Shown piece by piece: positions 11,433 through 20,788 of a stretch of DNA of 32,000 nt. Both the position numbers and the translations under genes were made by a program. Within the stretch, counting starts at the first letter, position 1. Each line of letters starts with the position of its first letter. The DNA comes from Pectobacterium aquaticum (lineage in GTDB: Bacteria > Pseudomonadota > Gammaproteobacteria > Enterobacterales > Enterobacteriaceae), in the NCBI RefSeq assembly GCF_003382565.3, contig NZ_CP086253.1, positions 372,519 through 404,518 of the forward strand. The letters run 5' to 3'. The notes beneath the pieces were generated by a model, which was not told where the DNA came from, made no database searches, and saw only the letters and a list, made by a program, of their open reading frames with translations.

Positions 11433-12500
11433 ATGACCACTTTTATCCAGCTTCATTTTTTAACCGCCTATCCGTCTTCTAACCTGAACCGTGATGACGC
11501 GGGACGTCCGAAAACTGCCATCGTTGGCGGCGTCGAGCGTTTGCGGGTGTCCTCGCAAAGCCTGAAACGTGCATGGCGTACCTCTGAGGTGTTTGAATCT
11601 GCGATGGACGGCCATATCGGCACCCGCAGCCGTCGCATAGGGCGTGATATTTATGCTGCGCTGATTGCCGGAGGCATGAGTGAAAAGCTGGCCGATGAAG
11701 CGGCGAAAAACATTGCTGAGCAGTTCGGTAAACCGAAAAAAGAAGAAAAAGGCAGTAAAGACCCACTGGAAAAATACGATATCGAACAGCTTGCTCACTT
11801 CAGCGTGCAGGAAAGGGCATTGATCGACCAACTGGTTGCGCGTCTGGTCGCAGAATCCCGTAAGCCGAATAGCGAAGAGCTAAAACTTTTGCGTAAGGAT
11901 GCCACCAGTGTTGATATCGCGCTGTTTGGTCGGATGCTGGCCTCCAGCCCTGAATTCGATATCGAAGCAGCCTGTCAGGTGGCACATGCGCTGGGCGTGA
12001 GTGCTGTCACCATCGAAGATGACTTTTTCACGGCGGTGGATGACCTAAATACGGCAACTGACAGCGGATCGGCGCATATGGGCGAACAGAGCTTTGCTTC
12101 GGCGCTGTTCTATCACTATGTCTGCATTAACCGCGATCTGCTGCTGGAAAATCTGAATAATGATGAAGCGCTGGTGGTGCGTACCCTGCGTGCGCTGACG
12201 GAAACGGTGCTGACCGTATCGCCGGGCGGCAAGCAGAACAGCTTTGCCAGTCGGGCGCTGGCAACCTATGCGTTGGCAGAAAAGAGCACCGATCAGCCGC
12301 GTACCTTGTCGGTCGCGTTTTTCAAACCCATCCGCAGTGACGATCAGGTCAATGACGCCATCGATCTGTTGCGTAAACAAAAAAACAAATTTGACCGGGT
12401 GTACGCCTCTGCGGGCAGCGTTCCTTCCTATGAGCTGAACGTGGAAGCCGACAGCGAGGGCGGTTCGCTGCAAGGGTTACTGGATTTCATCAGCCAGTAG
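11433..12500 (+). CDS. cas7: Type I-E Cascade backbone subunit Cas7/CasC
   Basis: 355 aa. The N-terminus FIQLHFLTAYPSSNLNRDDAGRPKTAIVGGVERLRVSSQSLKRAWR closely parallels E. coli CasC (NIHVLISHSPSCLNRDD...RISSQSLKRA). Confidence 0.95.
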   Translation: MTTFIQLHFLTAYPSSNLNRDDAGRPKTAIVGGVERLRVSSQSLKRAWRTSEVFESAMDGHIGTRSRRIGRDIYAALIAGGMSEKLADEAAKNIAEQFGKPKKEEKGSKDPLEKYDIEQLAHFSVQERALIDQLVARLVAESRKPNSEELKLLRKDATSVDIALFGRMLASSPEFDIEAACQVAHALGVSAVTIEDDFFTAVDDLNTATDSGSAHMGEQSFASALFYHYVCINRDLLLENLNNDEALVVRTLRALTETVLTVSPGGKQNSFASRALATYALAEKSTDQPRTLSVAFFKPIRSDDQVNDAIDLLRKQKNKFDRVYASAGSVPSYELNVEADSEGGSLQGLLDFISQ

Positions 12501-12509
12501 GAGCGCGCT

Positions 12510-13244
12510 ATGGATAACTATTTGGTCTTCCAGGTCTACGCCCCGCTAGTGTCGTGGGGGGAAGTGGCGGTCGGTGAGGTGCGCCACACCTCGACGGTAC
12601 CCAGCCGTTCGGCGCTGCTGGGGCTGTTGGCGGCGGCGCTAGGGATCCGGCGTGACGATCGAGCCGCGCTGACGGTTTTCAACCAGCATTACCATGTGGC
12701 GGTGCGACCGCTTTCCGATCGTGAAACCTGGCTGAATGACTACCACACGGTGCAGATGCCGAAAGAAAACCGCAAGGTGCCGCGCTACACAAGGCGTGAT
12801 GAATTGCGGCCGGAGGCAGGGCAATCGCTCGAAACCATGCTGACCTCACGCGAATACCGCTGTGATGCCTATTACCATATCGCCATTAGCGCCACGCCGG
12901 ATGCACCTTACTCGTTAAGTGCGCTGCGGGATGCACTGTTATCACCGGTGTTTACGCTTTATTTCGGGCGTAAAAGCTGTCCGCCTGCGCTGCCGCTGGC
13001 ACCGCACCTGTTTGCTGGCACGTTGGCCGAGGTGTGGCAGTTAGCAAAGCAGACGCCTGCGCTGAACGATCTCGCGTTAGAGATGATCGGCCGTGCCGAG
13101 GGCGTGTGCTACTGGGAGCAGGAAACCGACACGGGGCTAACAGAGCAATATCGGGTCTCACGAAACGATCAGCCCGCCGATCGACGGCGCTGGCAGTTCA
13201 CCTCCCGCGTGCAATATGTCGGCAGTGAAAAGGGAGATGAATGA
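12510..13244 (+). CDS. cas5: Type I-E Cas5e/CasD
   Basis: 244 aa. YLVFQVYAPLVSWGE...VPSRSALLGLLAAALGIRRDD parallels E. coli CasD (YLILRLAGPMQAWGQ...PTRSGLLGLLGACLGIQRDD). Confidence 0.94.
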   Translation: MDNYLVFQVYAPLVSWGEVAVGEVRHTSTVPSRSALLGLLAAALGIRRDDRAALTVFNQHYHVAVRPLSDRETWLNDYHTVQMPKENRKVPRYTRRDELRPEAGQSLETMLTSREYRCDAYYHIAISATPDAPYSLSALRDALLSPVFTLYFGRKSCPPALPLAPHLFAGTLAEVWQLAKQTPALNDLALEMIGRAEGVCYWEQETDTGLTEQYRVSRNDQPADRRRWQFTSRVQYVGSEKGDE

Positions 13245-13891
13245 TGTATTTTTCCAGAATAACGCTGAAAACCAATGTGTTGCCGCGCGTGATGGCGGAA
13301 AAGCGGCTGCACGCGGGGGGCTATGCCAGCCACCAGTGGCTCTGGCAGCTTTTCCCTGACCAGCCGCAGCGGTCGTTCTTGTTCCGCGAGGAAGCGCATG
13401 AAACCAAAAGCCTGTTTTACCTGCTTTCTGAACAGGCTCCACAGGCGGGTCATAACCTGTTTCAGGTGGAAACCAAACCCTATCAACCTCAGTGGCGTGA
13501 CGGTATGACGCTGGCGTTTTCGCTACGAGCTAATCCGGTGGTCACGCGGGACGGCAAGCGTAGCGATGTGTTGATGGATGCACGTCATCAGGCGAGAGCT
13601 GCCGGGCTATCTGGCGTGGAACTGTGGCAGCACCAGCAACGACGCGCCCATGACTGGCTGGTGCGCCAAGGGGAAAACGCAGGCTTTGCGGTGTCGTCGT
13701 GTCGGGTCGATGGGTATCAACGCCATCGCCTGAATAAGCCCGGCCAGTCGGCGGCGATTATGTTCAGCAGCGTGGATTATGACGGCGTGCTTCACATTAC
13801 GGATGCTGAACGCTTTGCGACGGCTGCCCGACAAGGGTTAGGAAAAAGCAAAGCATTGGGGTGCGGCCTGCTGCTGCTGAAACGGGCGTAG
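13241..13891 (+). CDS. cas6e: Type I-E Cas6e/CasE crRNA endoribonuclease
   Basis: 216 aa. It overlaps the cas5 stop (ATGATG). The motif WLWQLFPD and the glycine-rich C-terminus GLGKSKALGCGLLLL match E. coli CasE (GIGPAKSMGCGLLSL). Confidence 0.93.
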   Translation: MMYFSRITLKTNVLPRVMAEKRLHAGGYASHQWLWQLFPDQPQRSFLFREEAHETKSLFYLLSEQAPQAGHNLFQVETKPYQPQWRDGMTLAFSLRANPVVTRDGKRSDVLMDARHQARAAGLSGVELWQHQQRRAHDWLVRQGENAGFAVSSCRVDGYQRHRLNKPGQSAAIMFSSVDYDGVLHITDAERFATAARQGLGKSKALGCGLLLLKRA

Positions 13892-13912
13892 CCTGCCCCG
13901 TTACAGGGAGAG

Positions 13913-14836
13913 TTGACGATGTATGTTCCGCTTAACCCGATCCCGCTTAAGGATCGGGTTTCACTCATCTTTCTGCAATACGGGCAGATTGATGTCATTG
14001 ACGGTGCGTTTGTGCTGGTGGATAAAACCGGCGTGCGCACGCATATTCCCGTGGGGTCGGTGGCCTGCATCATGTTGGAGCCGGGAACGCGGGTTTCTCA
14101 TGCTGCCGTGCGACTGGCGGCAACGGTCGGGACGCTGCTGGTGTGGGTCGGCGAAGCCGGTGTACGGCTGTATGCGTCTGGCCAGCCCGGCGGCGCGCGG
14201 TCGGACAAGTTGCTCTATCAGGCTAAACTGGCGTTGGATGAGGAACTGCGCCTTAAAGTGGTGCGCAAAATGTTTGAGCTGCGCTTTGGTGAACCTGCGC
14301 CGAGCCGTCGTTCGGTCGATCAGCTCAGGGGGATTGAAGGTGCCCGCGTGCGCCAAACGTATACGCTATTGGCGCAACAATATGGCGTGAAATGGAATGG
14401 CCGACGTTACGATCCGAAAGATTGGGAACGAGGCGATAAGGTTAACCAATGCATTAGCGCGGCGACGTCCTGCCTGTATGGCATTACTGAAGCCGCTGTG
14501 TTGGCGGCGGGCTACGCGCCAGCGATCGGGTTTGTTCACAGTGGTAAACCGCTCTCTTTTGTTTATGACATTGCCGATATCATCAAATTTGAGGGCGTGG
14601 TGGCGAAAGCCTTTGAAATTGCAGCCCGCAACCCTGCCGAGCCGGATCGTGAAGTACGGCTTGCCTGTCGTGATATTTTCCGCAGCCAGAAAACGCTGAG
14701 CAAACTGATTCCCTTGATTGAGGAAGTCTTGTCTGCGGGTGGCATTACGCCGCCGCTCCCGCCGGACGATGCACAGCCGCCTGCAATTCCAGAACCGAAA
14801 CCGTTTGGTGATAGCGGCCACCGGGGGCAGGGTTAA
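13913..14836 (+). CDS. cas1: Cas1 integrase (type I-E)
   Basis: About 305 aa, near-colinear with E. coli YgbT: PLNPIPLKDRVSLIFLQYGQIDVIDGAFVLVDKTGVRTHIPVGSVACIMLEPGTRVSHAAVRLAA. The track start at 13913 is TTG; the ATG at 13919 is the alternative. Confidence 0.97.
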   Translation: MTMYVPLNPIPLKDRVSLIFLQYGQIDVIDGAFVLVDKTGVRTHIPVGSVACIMLEPGTRVSHAAVRLAATVGTLLVWVGEAGVRLYASGQPGGARSDKLLYQAKLALDEELRLKVVRKMFELRFGEPAPSRRSVDQLRGIEGARVRQTYTLLAQQYGVKWNGRRYDPKDWERGDKVNQCISAATSCLYGITEAAVLAAGYAPAIGFVHSGKPLSFVYDIADIIKFEGVVAKAFEIAARNPAEPDREVRLACRDIFRSQKTLSKLIPLIEEVLSAGGITPPLPPDDAQPPAIPEPKPFGDSGHRGQG

Positions 14837-15130
<294 letters not shown>

Positions 15131-15214
15131 GTTAGCGATCTTTAACAATATGGAAAAATCGGTGGGATTTTTTATGCCGAAAAAAGTATTATAAAACAAT
15201 GCTCTACTTTTAGA
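15131..15214 (+). promoter_or_regulatory. CRISPR leader (AT-rich)
   Basis: An 84-nt AT-rich stretch between the cas2 stop and repeat 1. It ends in ...CTACTTTTAGA directly before the repeat, which resembles the leader-repeat junction of E. coli I-E arrays. AATCAATAAGTTA (15122-15134) fits the IHF consensus WATCAANNNNTTR but spans the cas2 stop, so its role is uncertain. Confidence 0.7.
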
Positions 15215-17258
15215 GTGTTCCCCGCGCCAGCGGGGATAAACCGCCAGTTTTAACGCGGCACATACCGAGCGTGCATGTGTTCCCCGCGCCAGCGGGGATA
15301 AACCGCGTTGCATTCTTAACGTTTTTTACTGGTACCAGTGTTCCCCGCGCCAGCGGGGATAAACCGTGCTAGTTATATGTATAACATTGTGCATGCACGT
15401 GTTCCCCGCGCCAGCGGGGATAAACCGCTGTGTGTGCAGCAGGGAGGGATGAGCCATGAGTGTTCCCCGCGCCAGCGGGGATAAACCGCATTGATTCATC
15501 GACTAGTGTTGACATCTTAGGTGTTCCCCGCGCCAGCGGGGATAAACCGGAATCATAAATCGTGGCCACAGAATTTTCCATGTGTTCCCCGCGCCAGCGG
15601 GGATAAACCGATGCGGATCTGTCAAATAGTTGGTATATCGGTGTGTTCCCCGCGCCAGCGGGGATAAACCGCAAGTTGTTAACGGCATCCACTAAACCGC
15701 CTGGTGTTCCCCGCGCCAGCGGGGATAAACCGCTACGCATGTGCTTCTGGGCTTCTCCTAATCCGTGTTCCCCGCGCCAGCGGGGATAAACCGTATTGGA
15801 GAAAAACCCAAGCAAGCTATTACAAGTGTTCCCCGCGCCAGCGGGGATAAACCGTAGGCGTTGGATGGCATAGCCAAACGCATTGAGTGTTCCCCGCGCC
15901 AGCGGGGATAAACCGTCCAACCAGATGTTCTCCCGCTGCCAGAAATAGTGTTCCCCGCGCCAGCGGGGATAAACCGCCGATAATCATCTACTCCCCCTTA
16001 TGCTGCGGGTGTTCCCCGCGCCAGCGGGGATAAACCGAAACGCGCACGTCTGTATTTAAGTCTGTTAAAGTGTTCCCCGCGCCAGCGGGGATAAACCGTC
16101 AATGCAGGTGTAGATGATACTGTTATAGTAGTGTTCCCCGCGCCAGCGGGGATAAACCGATCGAAATCGCGGTTACTTGTTCACAGCGTATGTGTTCCCC
16201 GCGCCAGCGGGAATAAACCGCAATTGCGCTAACTTCTGTGCGTAATTTTTCCGTGTTCCCCGCGCCAGCGGGGATAAACCGTTAGATCCTCGCGCAGTTG
16301 AACTTGTCAGAGAGTGTTCCCCGCGCCAGCGGGGATAAACCGATCTTAACAACACTCCACCATCACCATTAAGAGTGTTCCCCGCGCCAGCGGGGATAAA
16401 CCGTCTGATGGTGGTGTTAGTTCAAGTGTAGTTCAGTGTTCCCCGCGCCAGCGGGGATAAACCGTAAAATAATGGAATCATCCGAATTTAAAGAATGTGT
16501 TCCCCGCGCCAGCGGGGATAAACCGCAGCGGCCAGCCGTTAACCCAACGCGCCCCGCGTGTTCCCCGCGCCAGCGGGGATAAACCGCACGTCCCGTACAA
16601 TTTCGCGCCGATGCTGGCGTGTTCCCCGCGCCAGCGGGGATAAACCGCTGCCGACCGATGTCCGTTCTCACATCGAGCGGTGTTCCCCGCGCCAGCGGGG
16701 ATAAACCGAATACTACTAGCTCTAAAATCAGCAGCATCATGTGTTCCCCGCGCCAGCGGGGATAAACCGCAGTTGGCCTTCATCATCAGGATCGCCGGCA
16801 TGTGTTCCCCGCGCCAGCGGGGATAAACCGCTGAACAAACATGGCAACCTGACTCGTAACAAGGTGTTCCCCGCGCCAGCGGGGATAAACCGTCTGCATC
16901 AAATCGCAGGCTATCTGCTGAAATGTGTTCCCCGCGCCAGCGGGGATAAACCGCAGACAGAACGGGTTATGACCGGTGACGTTCGGTGTTCCCCGCGCCA
17001 GCGGGGATAAACCGGGGTATGATGGCTTTCTCACGGCTCTCTCTGTGTGTTCCCCGCGCCAGCGGGGATAAACCGCCTGTCGATTAATGGCAAGTCATTC
17101 ACCACTGGTGTTCCCCGCGCCAGCGGGGATAAACCGGCTCTGGCAGCTTCTCAGGAATTTTCCAGCGAGTGTTCCCCGCGCCAGCGGGGATAAACCGAAT
17201 GGCCTTTCGCTCTGCCTTTCCATTCTCAGGTGTTCCCCGCGCCAGCGGGGATAAACCG
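15215..17258 (+). CRISPR. Type I-E CRISPR array, 34 repeats / 33 spacers
   Basis: The 29-nt repeat GTGTTCCCCGCGCCAGCGGGGATAAACCG recurs from 15215 to 17230 with a 61-nt period. Two steps are 62 nt, because spacers 1 and 27 are 33 nt and the rest are 32 nt. All copies are identical except repeat 17 (16192-16220, G21 to A). The leader and cas2 are on the 5' side, so transcription and new-spacer polarity run on the plus strand. Confidence 0.99.
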
Positions 17259-17320
17259 AGTAGTAGAGATGTAAATTACACATGTTTCCATATTGTCAAC
17301 TCGTTCCGTTTACGGCATAG

Positions 17321-17339
17321 TGTTTCCAATTTGGAAACA
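17321..17339. promoter_or_regulatory. Perfect palindrome upstream of higB (candidate HigA operator)
   Basis: TGTTTCCAA-T-TTGGAAACA has 9-bp perfect arms and lies 18 nt before the higB ATG. An extra half-site TGTTTCCA is at 17283-17290. A possible -35 TTGTCA (17293-17298) lies upstream. Confidence 0.55.
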
Positions 17340-17356
17340 ACAGGGAAGGCGTCAGA

Positions 17357-17668
17357 ATGCATGTTATTTCGCGGGCACCTTTCGACACTGCAACCACTCA
17401 GTTTCCGAATCAGGCGGCAGTACTTGATGACCTATATCGGGTTATCAAACGCGAAATGTATGCAACGCCGGACGATATGAAAAAACGCTTCCCCAGTCTG
17501 GATAGGATGAAATACCGGGAAAAATGGTGGGTTATTGATATTGGTGGCGGGCATCTTCGAGTGATGTTTTTTGCTGATTTTGAGCGAGGGAAAATCTTCA
17601 TCAAGCACATCACATCCCATGCAGAGTACGACAGGCTGACAGAGTATTACCGGAGGAATAAAGAATGA
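17357..17668 (+). CDS. higB: HigB toxin (RelE-superfamily mRNA interferase)
   Basis: 103 aa. MHVISRAPFD...RFPSLDRMKY...WVIDIGGGHLRVMFFADFERGKIFIKHITSHAEYD is colinear with E. coli HigB (MHLITQKALKD...FPSLDNFKY...NVGGNELRVVAMVFF...YIREVMTHKEYD). It overlaps higA by 4 nt (ATGA). Confidence 0.9.
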   Translation: MHVISRAPFDTATTQFPNQAAVLDDLYRVIKREMYATPDDMKKRFPSLDRMKYREKWWVIDIGGGHLRVMFFADFERGKIFIKHITSHAEYDRLTEYYRRNKE

Positions 17669-18081
17669 TGTACGCAGACGCCATCAAGGCAGCTAACAAC
17701 CTGACGAGTATCGTACCATTCCTTGGAGGCAGCACCTCTCGTAAGGATTATGAGGATGCGCTGAAACTAACCGAATACCTGATCGAGAGTGAACCTGACA
17801 GTCCGCTAATCGATATGCTGACTGCCAAAATTGACAAATACGAAGATGATGCACCGGAGTTTGCAGCCTTCAACGAACGTGTTAAAGCACTCCCAGCCGG
17901 TATCGCTTTACTGCGCGTCCTTATGGATCAGCATCAGCTAACGCAGAGTGATTTTGAAGCTGAGATTGGTAAAAAGTCTCTGGTATCCCGCATTCTAAAT
18001 GGTGAGCGCACTCTAACGCTTGATCACATGAGAGCGCTTGCTAAACGATTCGATATTCCTGTGAGTGCTTTTGTTGATTGA
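17665..18081 (+). CDS. higA: HigA antitoxin (XRE-family HTH)
   Basis: 138 aa, the same length as E. coli HigA and colinear with it: ...APEFAAFNERVKALPAGIALLRVLMDQHQLTQSDFEAEIGKKSLVSRILNGERTLTLDHMRALAKRFDIPVSAFVD. Confidence 0.92.
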   Translation: MMYADAIKAANNLTSIVPFLGGSTSRKDYEDALKLTEYLIESEPDSPLIDMLTAKIDKYEDDAPEFAAFNERVKALPAGIALLRVLMDQHQLTQSDFEAEIGKKSLVSRILNGERTLTLDHMRALAKRFDIPVSAFVD

Positions 18082-18097
18082 CACGACTCACTGATAC

Positions 18098-18126
18098 GTG
18101 TTCCCCGCGCCAGCGGGGATAAACTG
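18098..18126 (+). CRISPR. Isolated degenerate terminal CRISPR repeat (repeat 35)
   Basis: GTGTTCCCCGCGCCAGCGGGGATAAACTG matches the consensus at 28/29 positions (C28 to T). It is in the same orientation as the array, 839 nt after repeat 34 and 16 nt after the higA stop. Confidence 0.9.
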
Positions 18127-18307
18127 GGCTTATACCCCTTGTTGCATGTTGGTCTAAATATTCTCCGCACGGAACCAAATCTCGCTTCTGGCTGGCGCGA
18201 TGGGGGATTGCGTGTCAGTATTAGAGTACGCCATTTTTTTGCCCACCGTCACGGTGATGTGCTATGCCCATAATTTTGTCTTCCATACGTTACCGTAAGG
18301 AGGTGAT

Positions 18308-18766
18308 ATGAAAGTTGAAGCCGCAGAGTCGTCCGTTTTTGCCAGCCAGCAGGTGATGGCGAAGCGTTCTACCGAGCATGCAGAGAAAGCGGCGCTGTCC
18401 GAACAACTTCAGTCTTATCAGGCGGGCAGCGGTGCCGTTCCTGCTGGTCAGACGACGCGGTATGATTTCACCCGCATTAGCCCTGCCGATTTGTATGAAA
18501 CAGTAGAAGGCCTTGTCAGCAGTGGGCGGTTGGGGCGTGAAGAAGGGTCCGCGCTGTTGGGTTTTGTCTCATCGCCGAGAGCCGAAGGGGGAAGTATTCC
18601 GCCTTCCAACGTGTTCCAGCCGATTAATGTTTTCGACACCATTCAGCAAGGTGTCGCGGGCGCATCATCCCGTAGTGAAGTGCAAAATACCGAAAGCCTG
18701 CAGCGTGCCGCCGAGGCGTTAAACCGCTTTCAGGGGCAGGTCTCCAGTATTAGCGTTTACGTCTAG
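18308..18766 (+). CDS. Hypothetical protein (152 aa), Ser/Gly/Ala/Gln-rich
   Basis: It has a strong SD (TAAGGAGGTGATATG) and a hairpin downstream. I recognise no family. Confidence 0.6.
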   Translation: MKVEAAESSVFASQQVMAKRSTEHAEKAALSEQLQSYQAGSGAVPAGQTTRYDFTRISPADLYETVEGLVSSGRLGREEGSALLGFVSSPRAEGGSIPPSNVFQPINVFDTIQQGVAGASSRSEVQNTESLQRAAEALNRFQGQVSSISVYV

Positions 18767-18804
18767 CGCATGTCGGCACGCATAATTTGATGAAGTCCCT
18801 TTTT

Positions 18805-18833
18805 CTATCCCCGCGCTTGCGGGGATAGCCGTT
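18805..18833 (+). terminator. Hairpin (10-bp stem, 4-nt loop) after the 152-aa ORF; the sequence resembles a decayed I-E CRISPR repeat
   Basis: CTATCCCCGC-GCTT-GCGGGGATAG followed by CCGTTTTA. Aligned to the repeat, it shares TCCCCGCGC..GCGGGGATA and the terminal CCG, about 21 of 29 positions with one gap. The differences fall in the loop and flanks. The U-tract is interrupted, so it would be a mediocre intrinsic terminator. Confidence 0.5.
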
Positions 18834-19017
18834 TTATAGCACCTCATCGTTTTAGGCTTCGTTCAGCGCATCGAGCCCCAGCGGCTGGCGAGGCGTTCCA
18901 GCGCGCTGGATGAAGTTGGCGATCGCTGGGGGTTGCCAAAAGTATGCCATGTTGCCGCACTCCGCGGCAGAGCAGTTAGTGGTCGGGCAGGATACGTTCG
19001 TTCAGAAAGTGGATTGA

Positions 19018-19473
<456 letters not shown>

Positions 19474-19490
19474 CGTTTGTCATAACTAAC

Positions 19491-19524
19491 ATTTTCCATA
19501 CATAACAATTTTCCATACATAACA
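19491..19524. repeat. Perfect 17-bp tandem duplication (2 copies)
   Basis: ATTTTCCATACATAACA occurs at 19491-19507 and again at 19508-19524, in the yhbP-yraR intergenic region. Confidence 0.9.
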
Positions 19525-19577
19525 ACAGCAACGTAAAAGATGGGATAGTGAAAGACGCTGAGTAAGAGGGAAAACCG

Positions 19578-20231
19578 ATGAGCCGAGTACTGTTGTTAGG
19601 TGCAACGGGGTTAGTGGGGCACGAGTTATTACAACTGTTGAAAGCCAATAATCGGGTTGAGACGATCTATGCGCCGACCCGTAAGCCGCTGGCACCGTCG
19701 GAGAACGTGGTCAATCCACATGATCCCGATCTGTCTGCCGTGCTGGCGCAATTGACCGATCCTGTCGATATCGCCTTTTGCTGTCTGGGATCGACGCTCA
19801 AGACGGCAGGCAGTAAGCAGGCGTTCCGCTATGTGGATTACACGCTGGTGGTGGAAGGCGCAAAAGTGGCGTTGGCGCTGGGTGCGACACACCTGTTGGT
19901 CGTCAGTTCGCTGAGCGCGAGTGCGACGTCGCCTTTCTTCTATTCGCGCGTGAAGGGAGAAGCGGAAAAATCGCTGCGTCAGCAAGGCTGGCAGCATCTG
20001 ACATTGGCGCAGCCGTCGATGCTGCTAGGAGAAAGAGAGGACAGCCGTCCGCTAGAAAGTCTGGCCGCCCCGCTGTTCCGCCTGTTCCCAGCAAAGTGGC
20101 GAGCCATTGAGGGGAAAACGGTCGCGCAGGCGTTGCTGAATCAGGCGTTCTCACCCGAGCCCAAAGCGCGGGTTACCGTGCTGGAGTCCGATCAATTACG
20201 CTCACTGGGTAAACAGCAGGCGCTTCAGTAG
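19578..20231 (+). CDS. yraR: NAD(P)-binding Rossmann-fold protein YraR
   Basis: 217 aa. VLLLGATGLVGHELL...APTRKPL...VNPHDPDLSAVLAQLTDPVDIAFCCLG...FFYSRVKGE...LAQPSMLLGERE parallels E. coli YraR. Confidence 0.85.
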   Translation: MSRVLLLGATGLVGHELLQLLKANNRVETIYAPTRKPLAPSENVVNPHDPDLSAVLAQLTDPVDIAFCCLGSTLKTAGSKQAFRYVDYTLVVEGAKVALALGATHLLVVSSLSASATSPFFYSRVKGEAEKSLRQQGWQHLTLAQPSMLLGEREDSRPLESLAAPLFRLFPAKWRAIEGKTVAQALLNQAFSPEPKARVTVLESDQLRSLGKQQALQ

Positions 20232-20242
20232 CTTCCTGTCGA

Positions 20243-20707
20243 TCAACGCAGGCGGTGGACAACCTGATTGCTGCTGCCGCGCCAGATCAGTGCGGGATCT
20301 TTCAGGTCTTGCACAAATTTTCCATCGACTAACACGTTGATGAGATCGACCACCCGCTGCTGCTCCGGCGTGAGTTCCGCCAGCACGTAGCCCGTCCAGA
20401 CCCAGATATCTTTGCCGGGGCATTCCGCGCGTATCCGTTCGACCAGCCGCAGGATGTCAGGCACGTTCTGTGGGTGAAGCGGATCGCCACCAGACAGCGA
20501 AATGCCCTGCCGTGGGATCGTCGTATCCTGGAGATCGGCGATGATCCGATCTTCCTGTTCCTGCGTAAACGGTTGACCGGAGTTGAGTCGCCAGGTGCTT
20601 TTGTTGTAGCACCCCACACACTCATGCACGCAGCCAGCGACAAACAGCGTGCAGCGGGTGCCGGGGCCGTTGACGACATCAACGGGATAATACTGGTGGT
20701 AATTCAT
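20243..20707 (-). CDS. nrdG: Anaerobic ribonucleotide reductase activating protein (radical SAM)
   Basis: 154 aa. MNYHQYYPVDVVNGPGTRCTLFVAGCVHECVGCYNKSTW... is nearly identical in pattern to E. coli NrdG. Confidence 0.97.
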   Translation of the reverse strand: MNYHQYYPVDVVNGPGTRCTLFVAGCVHECVGCYNKSTWRLNSGQPFTQEQEDRIIADLQDTTIPRQGISLSGGDPLHPQNVPDILRLVERIRAECPGKDIWVWTGYVLAELTPEQQRVVDLINVLVDGKFVQDLKDPALIWRGSSNQVVHRLR

Positions 20708-20788
20708 ACGGTAGAGCCCATGTTATGACGCGGGCGCGTGTTGACGGTGCCGCGGAAGGTGGGCCGCATTGCGGCGGCCCGGAAGGGA

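Noticed and set aside
16343-16435. Adjacent spacers 19 and 20 look related in opposite orientation: both share GATGGTGG and TGTT.GTT.AAG-like stretches. That would hint at primed acquisition from one target.
   Set aside because: The similarity rests on an internally repetitive TGGTG motif and needs several indels. 8-mer matches between spacer pairs are expected by chance in a 33-spacer array.
18191-18207. GCTGGCGCGATGGGGGA is the reverse complement of TCCCCCATCGCGCCAGC and shares a 9-mer (CGCGCCAGC) with the CRISPR repeat.
   Set aside because: It is in the opposite orientation, needs a 3-nt insertion to align, and lacks the 3' half of the repeat. This is consistent with a chance match in GC-rich sequence.
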